From a virus: 64,000 nt of DNA. This document shows positions 10,677 to 21,829 of the stretch, in pieces. The stretch spans positions 18,327 to 82,326 of the IMG/VR virus record IMGVR_UViG_3300032304_001768. One strand, 5' to 3'. A program made the position numbers and the translations under genes. The notes under the pieces are model-generated. The model worked only from the letters and a program-made list of their open reading frames with translations, did no database searches and had not been told where the DNA came from. Each line of letters starts with the position of its first letter. The stretch's first letter is position 1.

Positions 10677-11426
10677 ATGAATACGGTATATGTTAAATTA
10701 GCAGGAGGATTGGGAAATCAACTTTTCCAAATCGCAAATGGCTATGCATACTCTAAAAAACATAATAGAGTATTATTATTAGACGATACTGAATGGGCGG
10801 CATCGCAAGGTAAATCTCCTAAAAATTATCAAAATACAATTTTTAAAAATTTCAAATATGTTTCTGAAAAAATTACAAAGGATTCTTATATTGAATTTCA
10901 TGAACCGGAATTTAATTACAATGAAATTCCAAAATTTGATAAAGATATTTGTCTTATTGGATATTTTCAATCTTTGAAATATTTCGAAACTTATAAAGAT
11001 GATTTCATTTCTCAATTAGAGTTACCAGAATGTAACTTATTTAAAGATTCTGTGGCAGTTCATATCCGACGAGGTGATTATTTACAACACGCGCATATTC
11101 ATTATGTTTGCGACACAGAATATTTTTCAAAAAATATCAAAGAATTTTCTGAAAAAAATATTAATGTATTCACCGATTCTTTAGAATTGGTCCAATCAGA
11201 ATTCAATGATCATAATTTCAGAATTATTCAGACTGAATCTGAATTGATGGATTTAATGGCGATGGCAAATCATACCGATATAATTTGTAGCAATAGTTCA
11301 TTTTCTTGGTGGGCGTCTCTCTTAGGAGTTAAAAAAAATAAAATAATAGTGCCCACACGATGGTTTAACAATTTTCAAAATCATGACGACATCTATAGAA
11401 CAGACTTCACCTTATCAAAAATCTGA
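10677..11426 (+). CDS. alpha-1,2-fucosyltransferase (GT11)
   Basis: GGLGNQLFQ, GYFQS, VHIRRGDY, NSSFSWW. Confidence 0.9.
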   Translation: MNTVYVKLAGGLGNQLFQIANGYAYSKKHNRVLLLDDTEWAASQGKSPKNYQNTIFKNFKYVSEKITKDSYIEFHEPEFNYNEIPKFDKDICLIGYFQSLKYFETYKDDFISQLELPECNLFKDSVAVHIRRGDYLQHAHIHYVCDTEYFSKNIKEFSEKNINVFTDSLELVQSEFNDHNFRIIQTESELMDLMAMANHTDIICSNSSFSWWASLLGVKKNKIIVPTRWFNNFQNHDDIYRTDFTLSKI

Positions 11427-12141
11427 TATTTCAGTAATAATTCCATTTTATTTTGATAATCCTGATCGGATTGCAAATTTAAACACTCTTGTTAAATTTT
11501 TAGAATTTATAGGAATATCAGATATATTAATAAGTGAGTATTATAATACTGTTCCAATGGTAAGTAATATCAATGGGCGGTATTTAGGAACATGCATTGG
11601 CGATAGTCCATATAATAGATGTCATTGTATCAATAAAGCTTTTGAGCATTCCAATGGAAAAATAATAGCTATTTGGGATGTTGATGTGATATTTCAAACA
11701 TCTGTCATTGACAAAGCACTTCAATTGTTTAATTCTGGTAGTGATATAATATATCCATATGATGGCAGATTTTATAATTTGCCAAAATCAGAGTTTCATC
11801 AATTAACGACTGGAAATATAGATTTATCTAAATGTGAGTTGTGGAGTTCTAATTCTGTTGGCGGTTGCGTGATGTTTAAACGAGAAACATTTGAACAGGG
11901 AGGCAAATATAATCCTAATTTTTTAGAATGGGGTTACGAAGATAATGAAATTGTCGCAAGGTTCACCACACTAGGATACAATATAAACAGAACAGACGGT
12001 TGTTTAATTCATATGGAACATGATAGAAATAAATACGCCGATGGCCGAGGTGAGTATGTTAATAAAAATCAATTAATATATAATCATATAAAAAATATGA
12101 ATAAAGAACAATTATTATTAGAAATAGATACATGGAAATAA
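11383..12141 (+). CDS. glycosyltransferase (GT2/GT7-like)
   Basis: DVD motif, GGKYNPNFLEWGYEDNE, HMEH. Confidence 0.8.
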   Translation: MTTSIEQTSPYQKSDISVIIPFYFDNPDRIANLNTLVKFLEFIGISDILISEYYNTVPMVSNINGRYLGTCIGDSPYNRCHCINKAFEHSNGKIIAIWDVDVIFQTSVIDKALQLFNSGSDIIYPYDGRFYNLPKSEFHQLTTGNIDLSKCELWSSNSVGGCVMFKRETFEQGGKYNPNFLEWGYEDNEIVARFTTLGYNINRTDGCLIHMEHDRNKYADGRGEYVNKNQLIYNHIKNMNKEQLLLEIDTWK

Positions 12142-12797
12142 ATTTAATTTTATATAGCAATAATAAATTCATGCGAATCGCACTCGATCATATTGTAAAA
12201 TATAAAAATAATTTTAAAAATATTTATTTATATACTGATGATCATATTGTCGATACTGAATTCTATAAAAACAACATTGACATATTAACATCAGATCGTG
12301 GTGGTGGATATTGGTTATGGAAACCTTATATCTTATTGGATCAATGCTACAAAAATCCAAATGAAAAATTTTTGTATATGGATTGTGGAGATGAGATAGA
12401 TATTGAAAATATTCCAAAACTTTTAGAAATTTTAGGAGATTCATCATTATGTTTGGCTAAAAATTTTCACTCACATTCAGCATACACAAAAAGGGATTGT
12501 TTTTATTTTATGAATTGCGATGACAATAAATATTGGAACGCTTATCAAATTGAAGCTGGTAATATTTTATTCAAAGCTGATGAATATAGCATTAAAATAT
12601 TCGAAGAATGGTTATATTGGTGCAAAGATCCTAGAATATTGACAGATATTCCAAATGAATGTGGCTTTCCAAATCATTCCAATTTTATTCAACACAGATG
12701 GGATCAGAGTGTATTGACAAATTTACAAATCAAATATGATTTGTATTCAACAACTGATTTCACTTTCTTATTCAATCATAACAAATTTATACCATGA
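12132..12797 (+). CDS. putative glycosyltransferase
   Basis: GGGYWLWKPYI, YMDCG, HRWDQSVL motifs. Confidence 0.65.
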   Translation: MEINLILYSNNKFMRIALDHIVKYKNNFKNIYLYTDDHIVDTEFYKNNIDILTSDRGGGYWLWKPYILLDQCYKNPNEKFLYMDCGDEIDIENIPKLLEILGDSSLCLAKNFHSHSAYTKRDCFYFMNCDDNKYWNAYQIEAGNILFKADEYSIKIFEEWLYWCKDPRILTDIPNECGFPNHSNFIQHRWDQSVLTNLQIKYDLYSTTDFTFLFNHNKFIP

Positions 12798-13567
12798 ACA
12801 ACAGCGTTATATTAACAATACATAATAAAGATTTTTTAATAGCGAATGTTTTGACACATTTGCTTGAAAATTTATCAACATTCAACAATGAACTTATAAT
12901 AGTATTTGATGGATGTCAAGATAATAGTGAAAGTATCACAAAACAAATATTAAGTAATGTCAAAAATAAAAAAATAAAGTACATCTATACTGATGATGTT
13001 TTTGAAACTAAAGCTAATAATGCGGGATTACGAGTAGTTGAAAATGATTATGTTATAATTATACAAGACGATATGGTAATCAAAGAAAAGAATTTTGATT
13101 TAAGAATGGCCCAACCATTCATACATTTTAGCGATGTATTTGCAGTAACATCTTTCATAGCGCATAACAATATATACAATGAAGAGACAAAAGAAATTAA
13201 CTATATTGATATGGCAAATAGATCAAATAGCTCCAGAGATGTATTTTATGGACGGGAATATGCAAATCGAGGCCCTCTAATGTATAACTACAACGATGTA
13301 GTTAAATTAAATTTCTTGGATGAATATTTCGCACCTCAATGTTATGATGATATGGATATCTCCATGAGAGCTTTAAAAGAATTAGGAAAAATATCTGGAT
13401 TATATTGGATAGATTATGAATCTGATTTATCTTGGGGAACTACTAGAAGAGCGCCATCTCCAAAATTGAACAATATACATATTACAAATGCTGCTAAGGT
13501 ATTAGAAAAACATCGAGATTTATTGTATTCAGATAATCGAATCATAGATAATAGAATTTTAAAATAA
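12794..13567 (+). CDS. glycosyltransferase family 2
   Basis: TIHNK, VFDGCQDNS, IIQDDM, FLDEYF..YDDMD. Confidence 0.8.
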   Translation: MNNSVILTIHNKDFLIANVLTHLLENLSTFNNELIIVFDGCQDNSESITKQILSNVKNKKIKYIYTDDVFETKANNAGLRVVENDYVIIIQDDMVIKEKNFDLRMAQPFIHFSDVFAVTSFIAHNNIYNEETKEINYIDMANRSNSSRDVFYGREYANRGPLMYNYNDVVKLNFLDEYFAPQCYDDMDISMRALKELGKISGLYWIDYESDLSWGTTRRAPSPKLNNIHITNAAKVLEKHRDLLYSDNRIIDNRILK

Positions 13568-13569
13568 TT

Positions 13570-14172
13570 ATGAAAATAAAACCTAAAAATTCCGATGAAT
13601 GGTATAGAATTGACGGTGACAATACACTAAGATTGAATTATGAAAATTTAAATAGTAATTCAACAGTTGTGGATATTGGAGCTAGACATGGAGCGTGGGC
13701 ATGCCCTATTAAAGAAATGTATGGATGTGATGTTATATGCTTTGATGTGATTGAAGAATATGTAGAAAATTTAAAGCAACTAGGATTTACATCATATAGA
13801 TACGCTGTTTCCGATACAAATGGAGTGCTTTCTTTAGGAATTGATGGTGATGAAGCTTCAATATATCATGAATATGATATATTTCAAGTTGAATCTATTG
13901 ATACTAATAAACTGTTCAACTTATTAAAAGTTGATAAAATCGATCTTATAAAAATGAATGTTGAAGGTTCTGAATATGATATTATTAAGAATTTAATAGA
14001 TAATAACTTGATAAATAAAATTGATAATTTACAAATTCAATTCCATGAAATGGTTGGATGTGAAGAAAAATATTCTAATTTAGAAGCATCGTTAATGAAA
14101 ACGCACGAATTAACTTGGAGATATCCGTTTATTTGGGAAAACTGGAAACGAAAAATTGATAATATTTCTTAA
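13570..14172 (+). CDS. FkbM family methyltransferase
   Basis: VDIGARHG, IDLIKMNVEGSEY, QIQFH. Confidence 0.85.
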   Translation: MKIKPKNSDEWYRIDGDNTLRLNYENLNSNSTVVDIGARHGAWACPIKEMYGCDVICFDVIEEYVENLKQLGFTSYRYAVSDTNGVLSLGIDGDEASIYHEYDIFQVESIDTNKLFNLLKVDKIDLIKMNVEGSEYDIIKNLIDNNLINKIDNLQIQFHEMVGCEEKYSNLEASLMKTHELTWRYPFIWENWKRKIDNIS

Positions 14173-14176
14173 AAAT

Positions 14177-14842
14177 ATGCATGACACATATAATAATACA
14201 AAGTTAAACAAACTAAAATACCAATTTGAAGATTGTGAAAATATACATCATAACTATTCACAAGCTTATCAAGATATGTTTGTTTTAAGCATGTTGAATG
14301 GTAAACGAAATGGGACGTTCGTTGAGATAGGAACTTTTCACCCAACAGAAATTAGTAATACGTATCTATTAGAAAAACAATACGGTTGGAATGGTATATC
14401 TATTGACATTAATGATATTGTTGATTATAATAATGTTAGAACATCTAAACTAATAATTGAAGATGCTTTGAAAATAGATTATTCTAAATTATTCAAAGAA
14501 CATAATTTACCAAATCATATAGATTATCTACAGTTAGATATCGAACCACCTAATAATACATTAGAATGTTTAAAGCGCATTCCATTTGACGAATATACAT
14601 TTTCAGTTATAACGTTCGAAACAGATTCATATTATTCTGGAAACACCATATCTGATATTTCTAGGAAGATTTTAGATGATAATGGATATGAATTAATAGT
14701 CGCTGACGTTTGCAACCATGATATCATATATCCATTTGAAGATTGGTATGTGAATCCTAAATTTGTAGATCCAAAATTGATAAAACTTTTTAAATCCGAT
14801 ACAACTGATAAATTGACAGCAGAGCAAATTATTTTAATGTAA
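14177..14842 (+). CDS. FkbM-like methyltransferase
   Basis: YSQAYQD, FVEIG, SNTYLLE, IDYLQLDIE, EDWYV. Confidence 0.8.
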   Translation: MHDTYNNTKLNKLKYQFEDCENIHHNYSQAYQDMFVLSMLNGKRNGTFVEIGTFHPTEISNTYLLEKQYGWNGISIDINDIVDYNNVRTSKLIIEDALKIDYSKLFKEHNLPNHIDYLQLDIEPPNNTLECLKRIPFDEYTFSVITFETDSYYSGNTISDISRKILDDNGYELIVADVCNHDIIYPFEDWYVNPKFVDPKLIKLFKSDTTDKLTAEQIILM

Positions 14843-14843
14843 A

Positions 14844-15611
14844 ATGAAAGCATTATCGATATGTCCCACTTATGCAAGAATACCATTCCTCAACAGAATG
14901 GTCGCTGGTTTCTTAAGTCAAACTTATGACGACAAAGAACTTGTAATCATCAACGATGACAAGAATGTTGAACTTGTATGCGAACAGCCCGGTGTTGTAT
15001 GCATCAATTTGAATAAGAAAATTCTAGTTCCACAGAAAAAGAATCTAGCGATTGGGCTGGGTTATCATGACGTATTTTTAACATGCGATGACGATGATGT
15101 GTATCTTCCAAATCATATAGAATTGCATGTAAAAAAGCATTTGGAAAATCCTGAGATTGGACTTTATCGAAATGAAGCGGCGTATACCATATATGGTGAT
15201 CAATTCTTCATAAAGCATTCACCTCCAAACACCATTTCATGCACAAGAAAGGATTGGTTTTTAAACAATGGATACGCTCACGATCAAAACATCGCAGAAG
15301 ATCAAGAATTCTACAACAAAATAACAAACAAATTGGTGGAGAGAGATGAATTGAATATATCGTATGTATACAATTGGGGCGGCGTCAATTATCATCTTTC
15401 GTATGAAGCTGATGAGTCAATTGAAGAAAAAGCATTCAAACAATTACAGCAACTAAATTTGGTTGGTAAAAAATATTACATAGAACCAGATTTCAAACAA
15501 TATGAAAATTTCAAAACGCTCGACCGCATCCACAAACAAAAAAACGAAAATCTTCTTGTAAAACACACGGAGCTTGCTAAGATCGACATATCCCACTTGA
15601 CCGATGTTTAA
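14844..15611 (+). CDS. glycosyltransferase family 2
   Basis: CPTYAR, SQTY, IINDD, CDDDD, AED. Confidence 0.8.
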   Translation: MKALSICPTYARIPFLNRMVAGFLSQTYDDKELVIINDDKNVELVCEQPGVVCINLNKKILVPQKKNLAIGLGYHDVFLTCDDDDVYLPNHIELHVKKHLENPEIGLYRNEAAYTIYGDQFFIKHSPPNTISCTRKDWFLNNGYAHDQNIAEDQEFYNKITNKLVERDELNISYVYNWGGVNYHLSYEADESIEEKAFKQLQQLNLVGKKYYIEPDFKQYENFKTLDRIHKQKNENLLVKHTELAKIDISHLTDV

Positions 15612-15945
15612 ATCAATCAACCACATTCTCTTTGAAAAACCAGCTAAAGAAATCGATCCTGAAGAATTGGAAAATTTTGCTCCATACATGGTGTGTAGAT
15701 ATTTGTCGTTTTATGGAAATTCTGAGTATGTTGATTACGCTAATAATACCCTGAACAAATATTCAGGATTATTCAAGACAGATGATGAGCTTTTCAGATT
15801 TTATGAACATGTTGTTCCAACTCTAAAAAAGAAGAAAATCAACTATGTTAAAAAGTTGAAAAGGGAAAAGTCTGATATTGTTAAGAATGTTCCAGAATTT
15901 TCATCTAGGCGAGAAATGAAAATGTTGACAAATTTAGATATCTAA
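15604..15945 (+). CDS. clamp loader small subunit (T4 gp62-like)
   Basis: F..IN..., F.PYMV.R.LS, AN..N, KKK...KK pattern resembling gp62. Confidence 0.55.
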   Translation: MFKSINHILFEKPAKEIDPEELENFAPYMVCRYLSFYGNSEYVDYANNTLNKYSGLFKTDDELFRFYEHVVPTLKKKKINYVKKLKREKSDIVKNVPEFSSRREMKMLTNLDI

Positions 15946-15957
15946 CTAAATTTGTTA

Positions 15958-16377
15958 ATGACACAATCGATAGATATTCTAGCGCCACAAAAATCACACA
16001 TTAATCTTTCTGATAAGACTCTTCCTACCGATTTCGGAATGGATGATTATGTTTTGTCAGAACTTTTGGATGATGCAATTCTAATTGAATACTGTGACCT
16101 ACATGGTGGTGAAGAAGGCGCAGAATACATCCTACGCGGAGGTATTGCAGTTCCGATTAACCAAGTCCACAACGCATGGCGTAAGGGCACTGTGATTCTC
16201 ACAGGACCAAGCGTGAGGCAAGTTAAAAAAGGACAGATCATCGTGTTCCCAAACAACATGGGAATTCCGATTTCAAATCTTGAAGTTGATGATCACGGCA
16301 AAGTTAAAAACGGTCTGTTGATCAACGAACAGCGCATTTTCGGAATTTGCAAAGTGAATCCAAATATCGATAAATAA
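15958..16377 (+). CDS. GroES-like co-chaperonin
   Basis: L.D.ILIE, GGIAVP, G.VILTGP.V..VKKGQ.IVF, LINE..IFG. Confidence 0.7.
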   Translation: MTQSIDILAPQKSHINLSDKTLPTDFGMDDYVLSELLDDAILIEYCDLHGGEEGAEYILRGGIAVPINQVHNAWRKGTVILTGPSVRQVKKGQIIVFPNNMGIPISNLEVDDHGKVKNGLLINEQRIFGICKVNPNIDK

Positions 16378-16382
16378 TTTAA

Positions 16383-16796
16383 GTGAGGAAGATAAACAGA
16401 GTTGAACTAGAACGTCTTACAATGAATAATGTTTGTGAGATTATGTTCGTTAGGCGCAGACCAGAAAGAGCAAAAGGAAGACCTTTGACGCGCCGTATGT
16501 TATGCACCAACTCTAAAAATATCTTACTCTCTCCAAATGGAAGAATTTCTTTAAATTACGATAACATAACGCCGGGTAAAAGACAAGCAGCTTTTAAAAT
16601 AGATCGAGTAAAACATAATGTTGTTGTTGCCTATGATATCATCATGCAAGAATATCGAAACATTTCAATGGATGCTTGTTTTTTAGTCAATCAATTACCA
16701 GACGACGATACATTTTGGAAATATTTTGACGAAGTTCTTCTACCAGCATCTCCGCAAGATAAGCAACATTTCATGGATAATGAATACAATGACTGA
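16383..16796 (+). CDS. WYL/SH3-like hypothetical protein
   Basis: CEIMF.R...RRMLCT...VVAYD...YRNI pattern seen in T4-like phages. Confidence 0.5.
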   Translation: MRKINRVELERLTMNNVCEIMFVRRRPERAKGRPLTRRMLCTNSKNILLSPNGRISLNYDNITPGKRQAAFKIDRVKHNVVVAYDIIMQEYRNISMDACFLVNQLPDDDTFWKYFDEVLLPASPQDKQHFMDNEYND

Positions 16797-17124
16797 TATT
16801 GAACAAGAATTAAAAAATATAGTGTTAAAAACCGTCAAATTTACAATTGACAATAAAACAATTAGAAGTGGAAGAGTTGATGTTTTCAATACTAAACAAT
16901 TCTTTATAAAATTTAAACTTTCTACTGGTGATGAGCAGCGAGAATACGAAATGCCATATCCATACAAGCTGACCAAGATTCAGAATGGGTATATTTTCGA
17001 TTATTGTCTGAGTTCATTCTGTTCTGTCAAGGACGACAACTACTTCAAAATGCTAGGATTTGACAAAACGAACGCTTCCAAGTTGCACAACAACTACGTT
17101 TACATGGTCGCTCTTTCGTCTTGA
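16789..17124 (+). CDS. hypothetical protein
   Basis: ORF overlapping the stop of the upstream gene. Confidence 0.55.
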   Translation: MTDIEQELKNIVLKTVKFTIDNKTIRSGRVDVFNTKQFFIKFKLSTGDEQREYEMPYPYKLTKIQNGYIFDYCLSSFCSVKDDNYFKMLGFDKTNASKLHNNYVYMVALSS

Positions 17125-17154
17125 CTTTGAGAATGGGTGCGCTACCATCGGGCG

Positions 17155-18771
17155 ATGGCACAAATGATACTCGACTTCCCGGAAGGCTACACCCCTTCGA
17201 CACATCAGGCAAAAATAATCACCGAGATTGAAAAGGCCATTGCAAACAATGAGAAATTTATTGTTTGCAATGCTGCGACAGGAACGGGAAAATCATTTTT
17301 CGCTCCTACTTTGGCAAATCACTTCGGAGGACCAACAGCAGAATGGAATTCAAAGGTTGATGATTACTCCATTTATGGAGAAGATGGCGCTGAATTTGCT
17401 GAAAACCAACCGTTGTTTGGTGTGTATGCATTAACAATAACAAAATCCCTACAAGATCAATACAAGCAAAGCTTTGATTTCGCTCAGGTCTTGAAAGGAC
17501 AAAGCAATTATCAATGCAATTACGATGATACCCTGACTGTTGACGTTGCTCCATGTTTGTATCTTCCAGCATTGAAAAATGAATGTTGGTCTTGTAATCG
17601 ATGCTCGTATTACAATGATAGAAACACCATGCTGAAAGCTGAATTCGCGGCTTTGAATTACAGCATGTATTTCTCATTGCCTTCTCATTTGAGGAAACGT
17701 AAAGTGTTGGTGCTGGACGAAGCTAGTGAATTGGAAGATCAGCTTGTCAGTCAATTTACATGTGAGATTGATATCCCATTCTTGATGAAAACCCAAACTG
17801 CGGTTACGGCATTTCCAGATGATGAGAAAAGTGTAAAAGTTCTGACATGGTTAGGCAAGCTAATGGGAGCATTGACCAATTCAATTGAGAGTTACAAAGA
17901 ATATTTCAAAACCAAGAAAGGAAAAGATTTGGAGTTTACTAAAAAGAAGTCTGAATACACCAAACTTGCCAACCTTTCAAAAAGTGTCGAACTACTGATC
18001 AGCACTTTTAATGATAGTCAATACATCGTAGAGCATATCGAAAAGAAAATTCGATTCACCCCTCTCAAGATTGATAAATTGAGCCGTTATTTGTTTGACA
18101 ATGCTGATCATGTTGTGTTGTTGAGTGCAACAATCATTGATCCTGTTAATTTCTGTAAGAATTTGGGCATTCCAAAATACAAATACATTGAAATCGACTC
18201 ACCATTTGATGCGGAAAAGGCTCCCATTTATGTGCTGGCTCACCAAAAGATCAACTTTGGCAATTTAAAGACATTGCTGCCTACCTTGTGCAAGCAAATT
18301 GATGGCATTTTGAATGAGCATGCCGATCAAAAAGGCATCATCCACACCCACACTCAATACATAGCAGACTATATTCGAGACCATGTGAAGAGTAATCGAT
18401 TGATATGTCGTGAAGCTGGCGTTACCAATGAAGATATTCTTGAAAAGCACACCGAAGACGCTGGACCTACGGTATTGGTATCGCCATCAATGACTTATGG
18501 AGTTGACTTAAAGGGTAAATTGGCTGAATTCCAAATCATATTGAAGGCTCCGTGGCTTCCTACCAAAGATGTCAGAGTCGAACGAATGATGAAGTTGGAT
18601 AAAGAGTGGTATTCTAATAAAATGCTATGCACTTTGGTTCAAGCGTGTGGTCGTGGAGTTCGCAGCGTCAAGGATGAATGTGTTACATATGTGCTTGATG
18701 GCAGTATTTTCGATGCTGTATCTCGGAACAAAAAGAAACTTCCCAAGTATTTTATTGATAGATTTCAGTAA
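17155..18771 (+). CDS. DinG/Rad3-like helicase
   Basis: AATGTGKS, KGQSNYQC Cys cluster, LDEA, LSAT, GVDL, QACGRGVRS; TTGACT-N16-TACCAT promoter 6 nt upstream. Confidence 0.85.
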   Translation: MAQMILDFPEGYTPSTHQAKIITEIEKAIANNEKFIVCNAATGTGKSFFAPTLANHFGGPTAEWNSKVDDYSIYGEDGAEFAENQPLFGVYALTITKSLQDQYKQSFDFAQVLKGQSNYQCNYDDTLTVDVAPCLYLPALKNECWSCNRCSYYNDRNTMLKAEFAALNYSMYFSLPSHLRKRKVLVLDEASELEDQLVSQFTCEIDIPFLMKTQTAVTAFPDDEKSVKVLTWLGKLMGALTNSIESYKEYFKTKKGKDLEFTKKKSEYTKLANLSKSVELLISTFNDSQYIVEHIEKKIRFTPLKIDKLSRYLFDNADHVVLLSATIIDPVNFCKNLGIPKYKYIEIDSPFDAEKAPIYVLAHQKINFGNLKTLLPTLCKQIDGILNEHADQKGIIHTHTQYIADYIRDHVKSNRLICREAGVTNEDILEKHTEDAGPTVLVSPSMTYGVDLKGKLAEFQIILKAPWLPTKDVRVERMMKLDKEWYSNKMLCTLVQACGRGVRSVKDECVTYVLDGSIFDAVSRNKKKLPKYFIDRFQ

Positions 18772-18798
18772 TCAGTATTTTCTCTCATAAATAAATGA

Positions 18799-19905
18799 GT
18801 GGTAAAATACTCATATCATCATGAACAACTCGATTTGCTGATGCTTTTTACATCAGCATTCGATGATTGTTTGCTTTATCGTTACGATGCAAAAACAAGA
18901 CTTCCAGCGTCTAAAATTGACGTTAGATACATTCATGGACCGAAACAAAAGGTAATTTATGACATTGTTTCGAAGCAGAAGAATTTAACACTGCCTGTCG
19001 TGTCTATCGAACAAACCAATTTGACGAGAGATGCTGACAGAGTGATGCATAAAAACCAGAATATTTATAGACCAACATCTAATAATTCTGGTAAAATTCC
19101 AATGCCTGTTCCTGTAACAATGAATTTGAAAATTTCAATCATTGCAAAATACAAGGAAGATATTGATCAAATCGTTCAAAACTTTGTAACAGTAGCAAAT
19201 CCATATTTCGTGGTGTCTTGGAAAGTTCCAAGTGCATTTAAGTTGGATTTTATTGATGAGTTAAGAACTCAAATAGAATGGGATGGTAGTATCAGTTACT
19301 CGACTCCGAGTAATATGGCGGCTGAAGACAAATATCGTATCACGGGCGATACATCATTCACAATCAAAGGTTGGCTATTTCAATCTACAGAAAATTCAGA
19401 AGGATTGATTTATGAAGTCGATACAAATTTCATAGCCTCTGATTTGACAAAACGAATTTTGACATATGACGATTATCCAGCATTGTCTGGTGCATATGAG
19501 GAAAATGAAATGATATCAGTATCAGCATACCCACAATTCACCAATTTGTATTTCAATTCAACTGGTGATATTGTTCCGATAAGAGAAAATATTGAAATCA
19601 AAACGATGAACGAAAACAAGTTCACCATTTTGGGTAAGCGATTCTCATTCAACAACAACTGGTATCTGAGCAGCGGAAATCCATCGTTGTTTTCTGGATA
19701 TGAAAAAATCACAACAGCCAAATTTCCAACCATTTCGGCCTATCGACTTCCATACGAATATGTATCAGTTGCGGATGACAATATGGCTGTTATTACCTTG
19801 CCGCCAAATTCATTGTCGGCATCCGGTAGATTCACTTTTGTAACTTCCAATAGTGCGGGGTGGACTTCTTGGAATACTGTGATAAATACAGATATCACAC
19901 ATTAA
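18799..19905 (+). CDS. tail terminator/sheath stabilizer (gp15-like)
   Basis: YIHGPKQK, LTLP, PVPVTMN, QIVQNF, FTIKGWLF; adjacent to portal. Confidence 0.65.
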   Translation: MVKYSYHHEQLDLLMLFTSAFDDCLLYRYDAKTRLPASKIDVRYIHGPKQKVIYDIVSKQKNLTLPVVSIEQTNLTRDADRVMHKNQNIYRPTSNNSGKIPMPVPVTMNLKISIIAKYKEDIDQIVQNFVTVANPYFVVSWKVPSAFKLDFIDELRTQIEWDGSISYSTPSNMAAEDKYRITGDTSFTIKGWLFQSTENSEGLIYEVDTNFIASDLTKRILTYDDYPALSGAYEENEMISVSAYPQFTNLYFNSTGDIVPIRENIEIKTMNENKFTILGKRFSFNNNWYLSSGNPSLFSGYEKITTAKFPTISAYRLPYEYVSVADDNMAVITLPPNSLSASGRFTFVTSNSAGWTSWNTVINTDITH

Positions 19906-19943
19906 TAATCAATGATTATTTTTCAAATTCCTAAATAAAAGAT

Positions 19944-21782
19944 ATGGCAGGTTCTGATAGTTCATCCACTCCAAATGGAAATAAAAATTACGTAGCAAGC
20001 GACGGTAGAGGATCGACGTTCGATAGATCGATGCAATCCTTTATTAAAAGTCGTTCTCCGTATGCATATAAGGAAGCAGAGACCGACGAAAACACCAATA
20101 CAAAATACAAGTATTTCAAAAACGTCGGCATGCGCCGTTCTGAAGCGATTGCCAAAAATTCAGTAGCTCTAAGCAACGAATACAACAACACTCCATATGG
20201 AACCATCCATCAGGATAAAACATTCGGGGATGTTATGTATGCAAAGGTTTCCGAGGACAAGCCGGGACGTTTGCGTGATTATAGAACTATTGCGGCGTTC
20301 TCCGAAGTGTCTGATGCATTGGATGAAATTTGTGATGCGTGTATCAATACAGATGATAAGGGAAATATTGTAACCATCGATTTTGTAAATGATTCATTGA
20401 AATCCGAAGAGAAGACAAAAATTCAAGATGAATTCAATAAATTCATTTACTTCTTCGACCTCAAGAACAAAGGATGGAGATATTTCAGACAATTGCTTAC
20501 CGAAGGTGAGTTGTTCTTTGAAAACATCATTCACGAAGATTATACAAAACAAGGCATTTTAGCAGTTCAAAATCTACCTGCCGATAATATCGATCCGATT
20601 TATTCCAACATTCAGAACATGTTGATCAAAGGATTCTTGTATAACAAGCCGATTTTCGATAGATACAATACGAAAAAAGTAGATAAGTTTGAACACATTC
20701 CATTTGAAGAAAATCAAATCATCTATGTAAACAGCGAACAATACAATGAAACCAAGGATTTCGTAATTCCGTTTGTTGAAAATTGCCGCCGTGCTTATCG
20801 TCAGTTGAGCATGATCGAAGATAGCGTTGTCATTCACAGAATGGTTCACGCTCCATTGCGTTTTGTTTTCAACGTTGACGTTGGCAGAATGGCAGTTCCA
20901 CAAGCTGAATCATATCTTAAGCGTCTTCAGCAACAATACTGGTCAAGCAAAACATTTGATGTTGATCAAAATGATATTGTCAAAAAATACAATCCACAGT
21001 CCATGTTGGATAGTTATTGGTTTGCCAAGCGCCAAGGTCAAGAAGCAACTTCTGTTCAAACTATCGGTGGACAACCAAGTGATGGCAATTTGGATGTATT
21101 GGATTGGTTCTTAAAGAAATTGTATAGATCTCTCAAGGTTCCTACAAACAGACTCAAAGAAGATTCAGCTAATAGTGATGGTGCTCAAATGCTCAATGAG
21201 GAATTGAAGTTTGCAGATATGGTGATTCGCCATCAACAAAAATTTGCAGTTGGTATTAAAAAAGGATTTATAACTCACTTGAAACTTCGTGGAGTTTTTG
21301 ACGATCTTGATATTGAAGAGCAAGAAATCGAAATTGATTTCGTAAGACCGGGAACGTTCTTCGAAATGCGAGACAATCAGAAGAAGCAACTAAAAGTTGA
21401 TATGTATCACAGCGTCATGGGAACTTCTCATGTTTCTGATACATTTGCCAAGAAGAAGTATCTAGGATGGGACGACAAAGACATTCTTGCAGACCGTGAA
21501 TTTAGACGTAAAGACGCTGAATTTGAATGGGAAATGCAACAAATCGCTACAATGGGTCCAGATTGGAAAGCTCAAGTTATTGCTCAAGCAAATGCTGGTG
21601 CAGAAGGCACACCTGCGGAAGCTCCGATTGGCGGCGGTGGCGGTGGAATAACACCACCTCCAGCGTTTGGTGGTGGTCCTACTGGCGCGGGCGAAGAAGC
21701 TGGGGGTGGAGAAACACCACCACCTTTTGGAGGCGAGCCAAATCAGACTCCACCTCCGGGTGAAGGTCAACCAACTGAATAA
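19944..21782 (+). CDS. portal protein (T4 gp20-like)
   Basis: YRQLSMIEDSVVIHRMVHAP.RFVFNVDVG, SMLDSYWF, KKLYRSLKVP, EELKF. Confidence 0.93.
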   Translation: MAGSDSSSTPNGNKNYVASDGRGSTFDRSMQSFIKSRSPYAYKEAETDENTNTKYKYFKNVGMRRSEAIAKNSVALSNEYNNTPYGTIHQDKTFGDVMYAKVSEDKPGRLRDYRTIAAFSEVSDALDEICDACINTDDKGNIVTIDFVNDSLKSEEKTKIQDEFNKFIYFFDLKNKGWRYFRQLLTEGELFFENIIHEDYTKQGILAVQNLPADNIDPIYSNIQNMLIKGFLYNKPIFDRYNTKKVDKFEHIPFEENQIIYVNSEQYNETKDFVIPFVENCRRAYRQLSMIEDSVVIHRMVHAPLRFVFNVDVGRMAVPQAESYLKRLQQQYWSSKTFDVDQNDIVKKYNPQSMLDSYWFAKRQGQEATSVQTIGGQPSDGNLDVLDWFLKKLYRSLKVPTNRLKEDSANSDGAQMLNEELKFADMVIRHQQKFAVGIKKGFITHLKLRGVFDDLDIEEQEIEIDFVRPGTFFEMRDNQKKQLKVDMYHSVMGTSHVSDTFAKKKYLGWDDKDILADREFRRKDAEFEWEMQQIATMGPDWKAQVIAQANAGAEGTPAEAPIGGGGGGITPPPAFGGGPTGAGEEAGGGETPPPFGGEPNQTPPPGEGQPTE

Positions 21783-21829
21783 TAACAATTGGTTGCAATA
21801 ATATTCTGTTAACTTCATAAATAATAATT

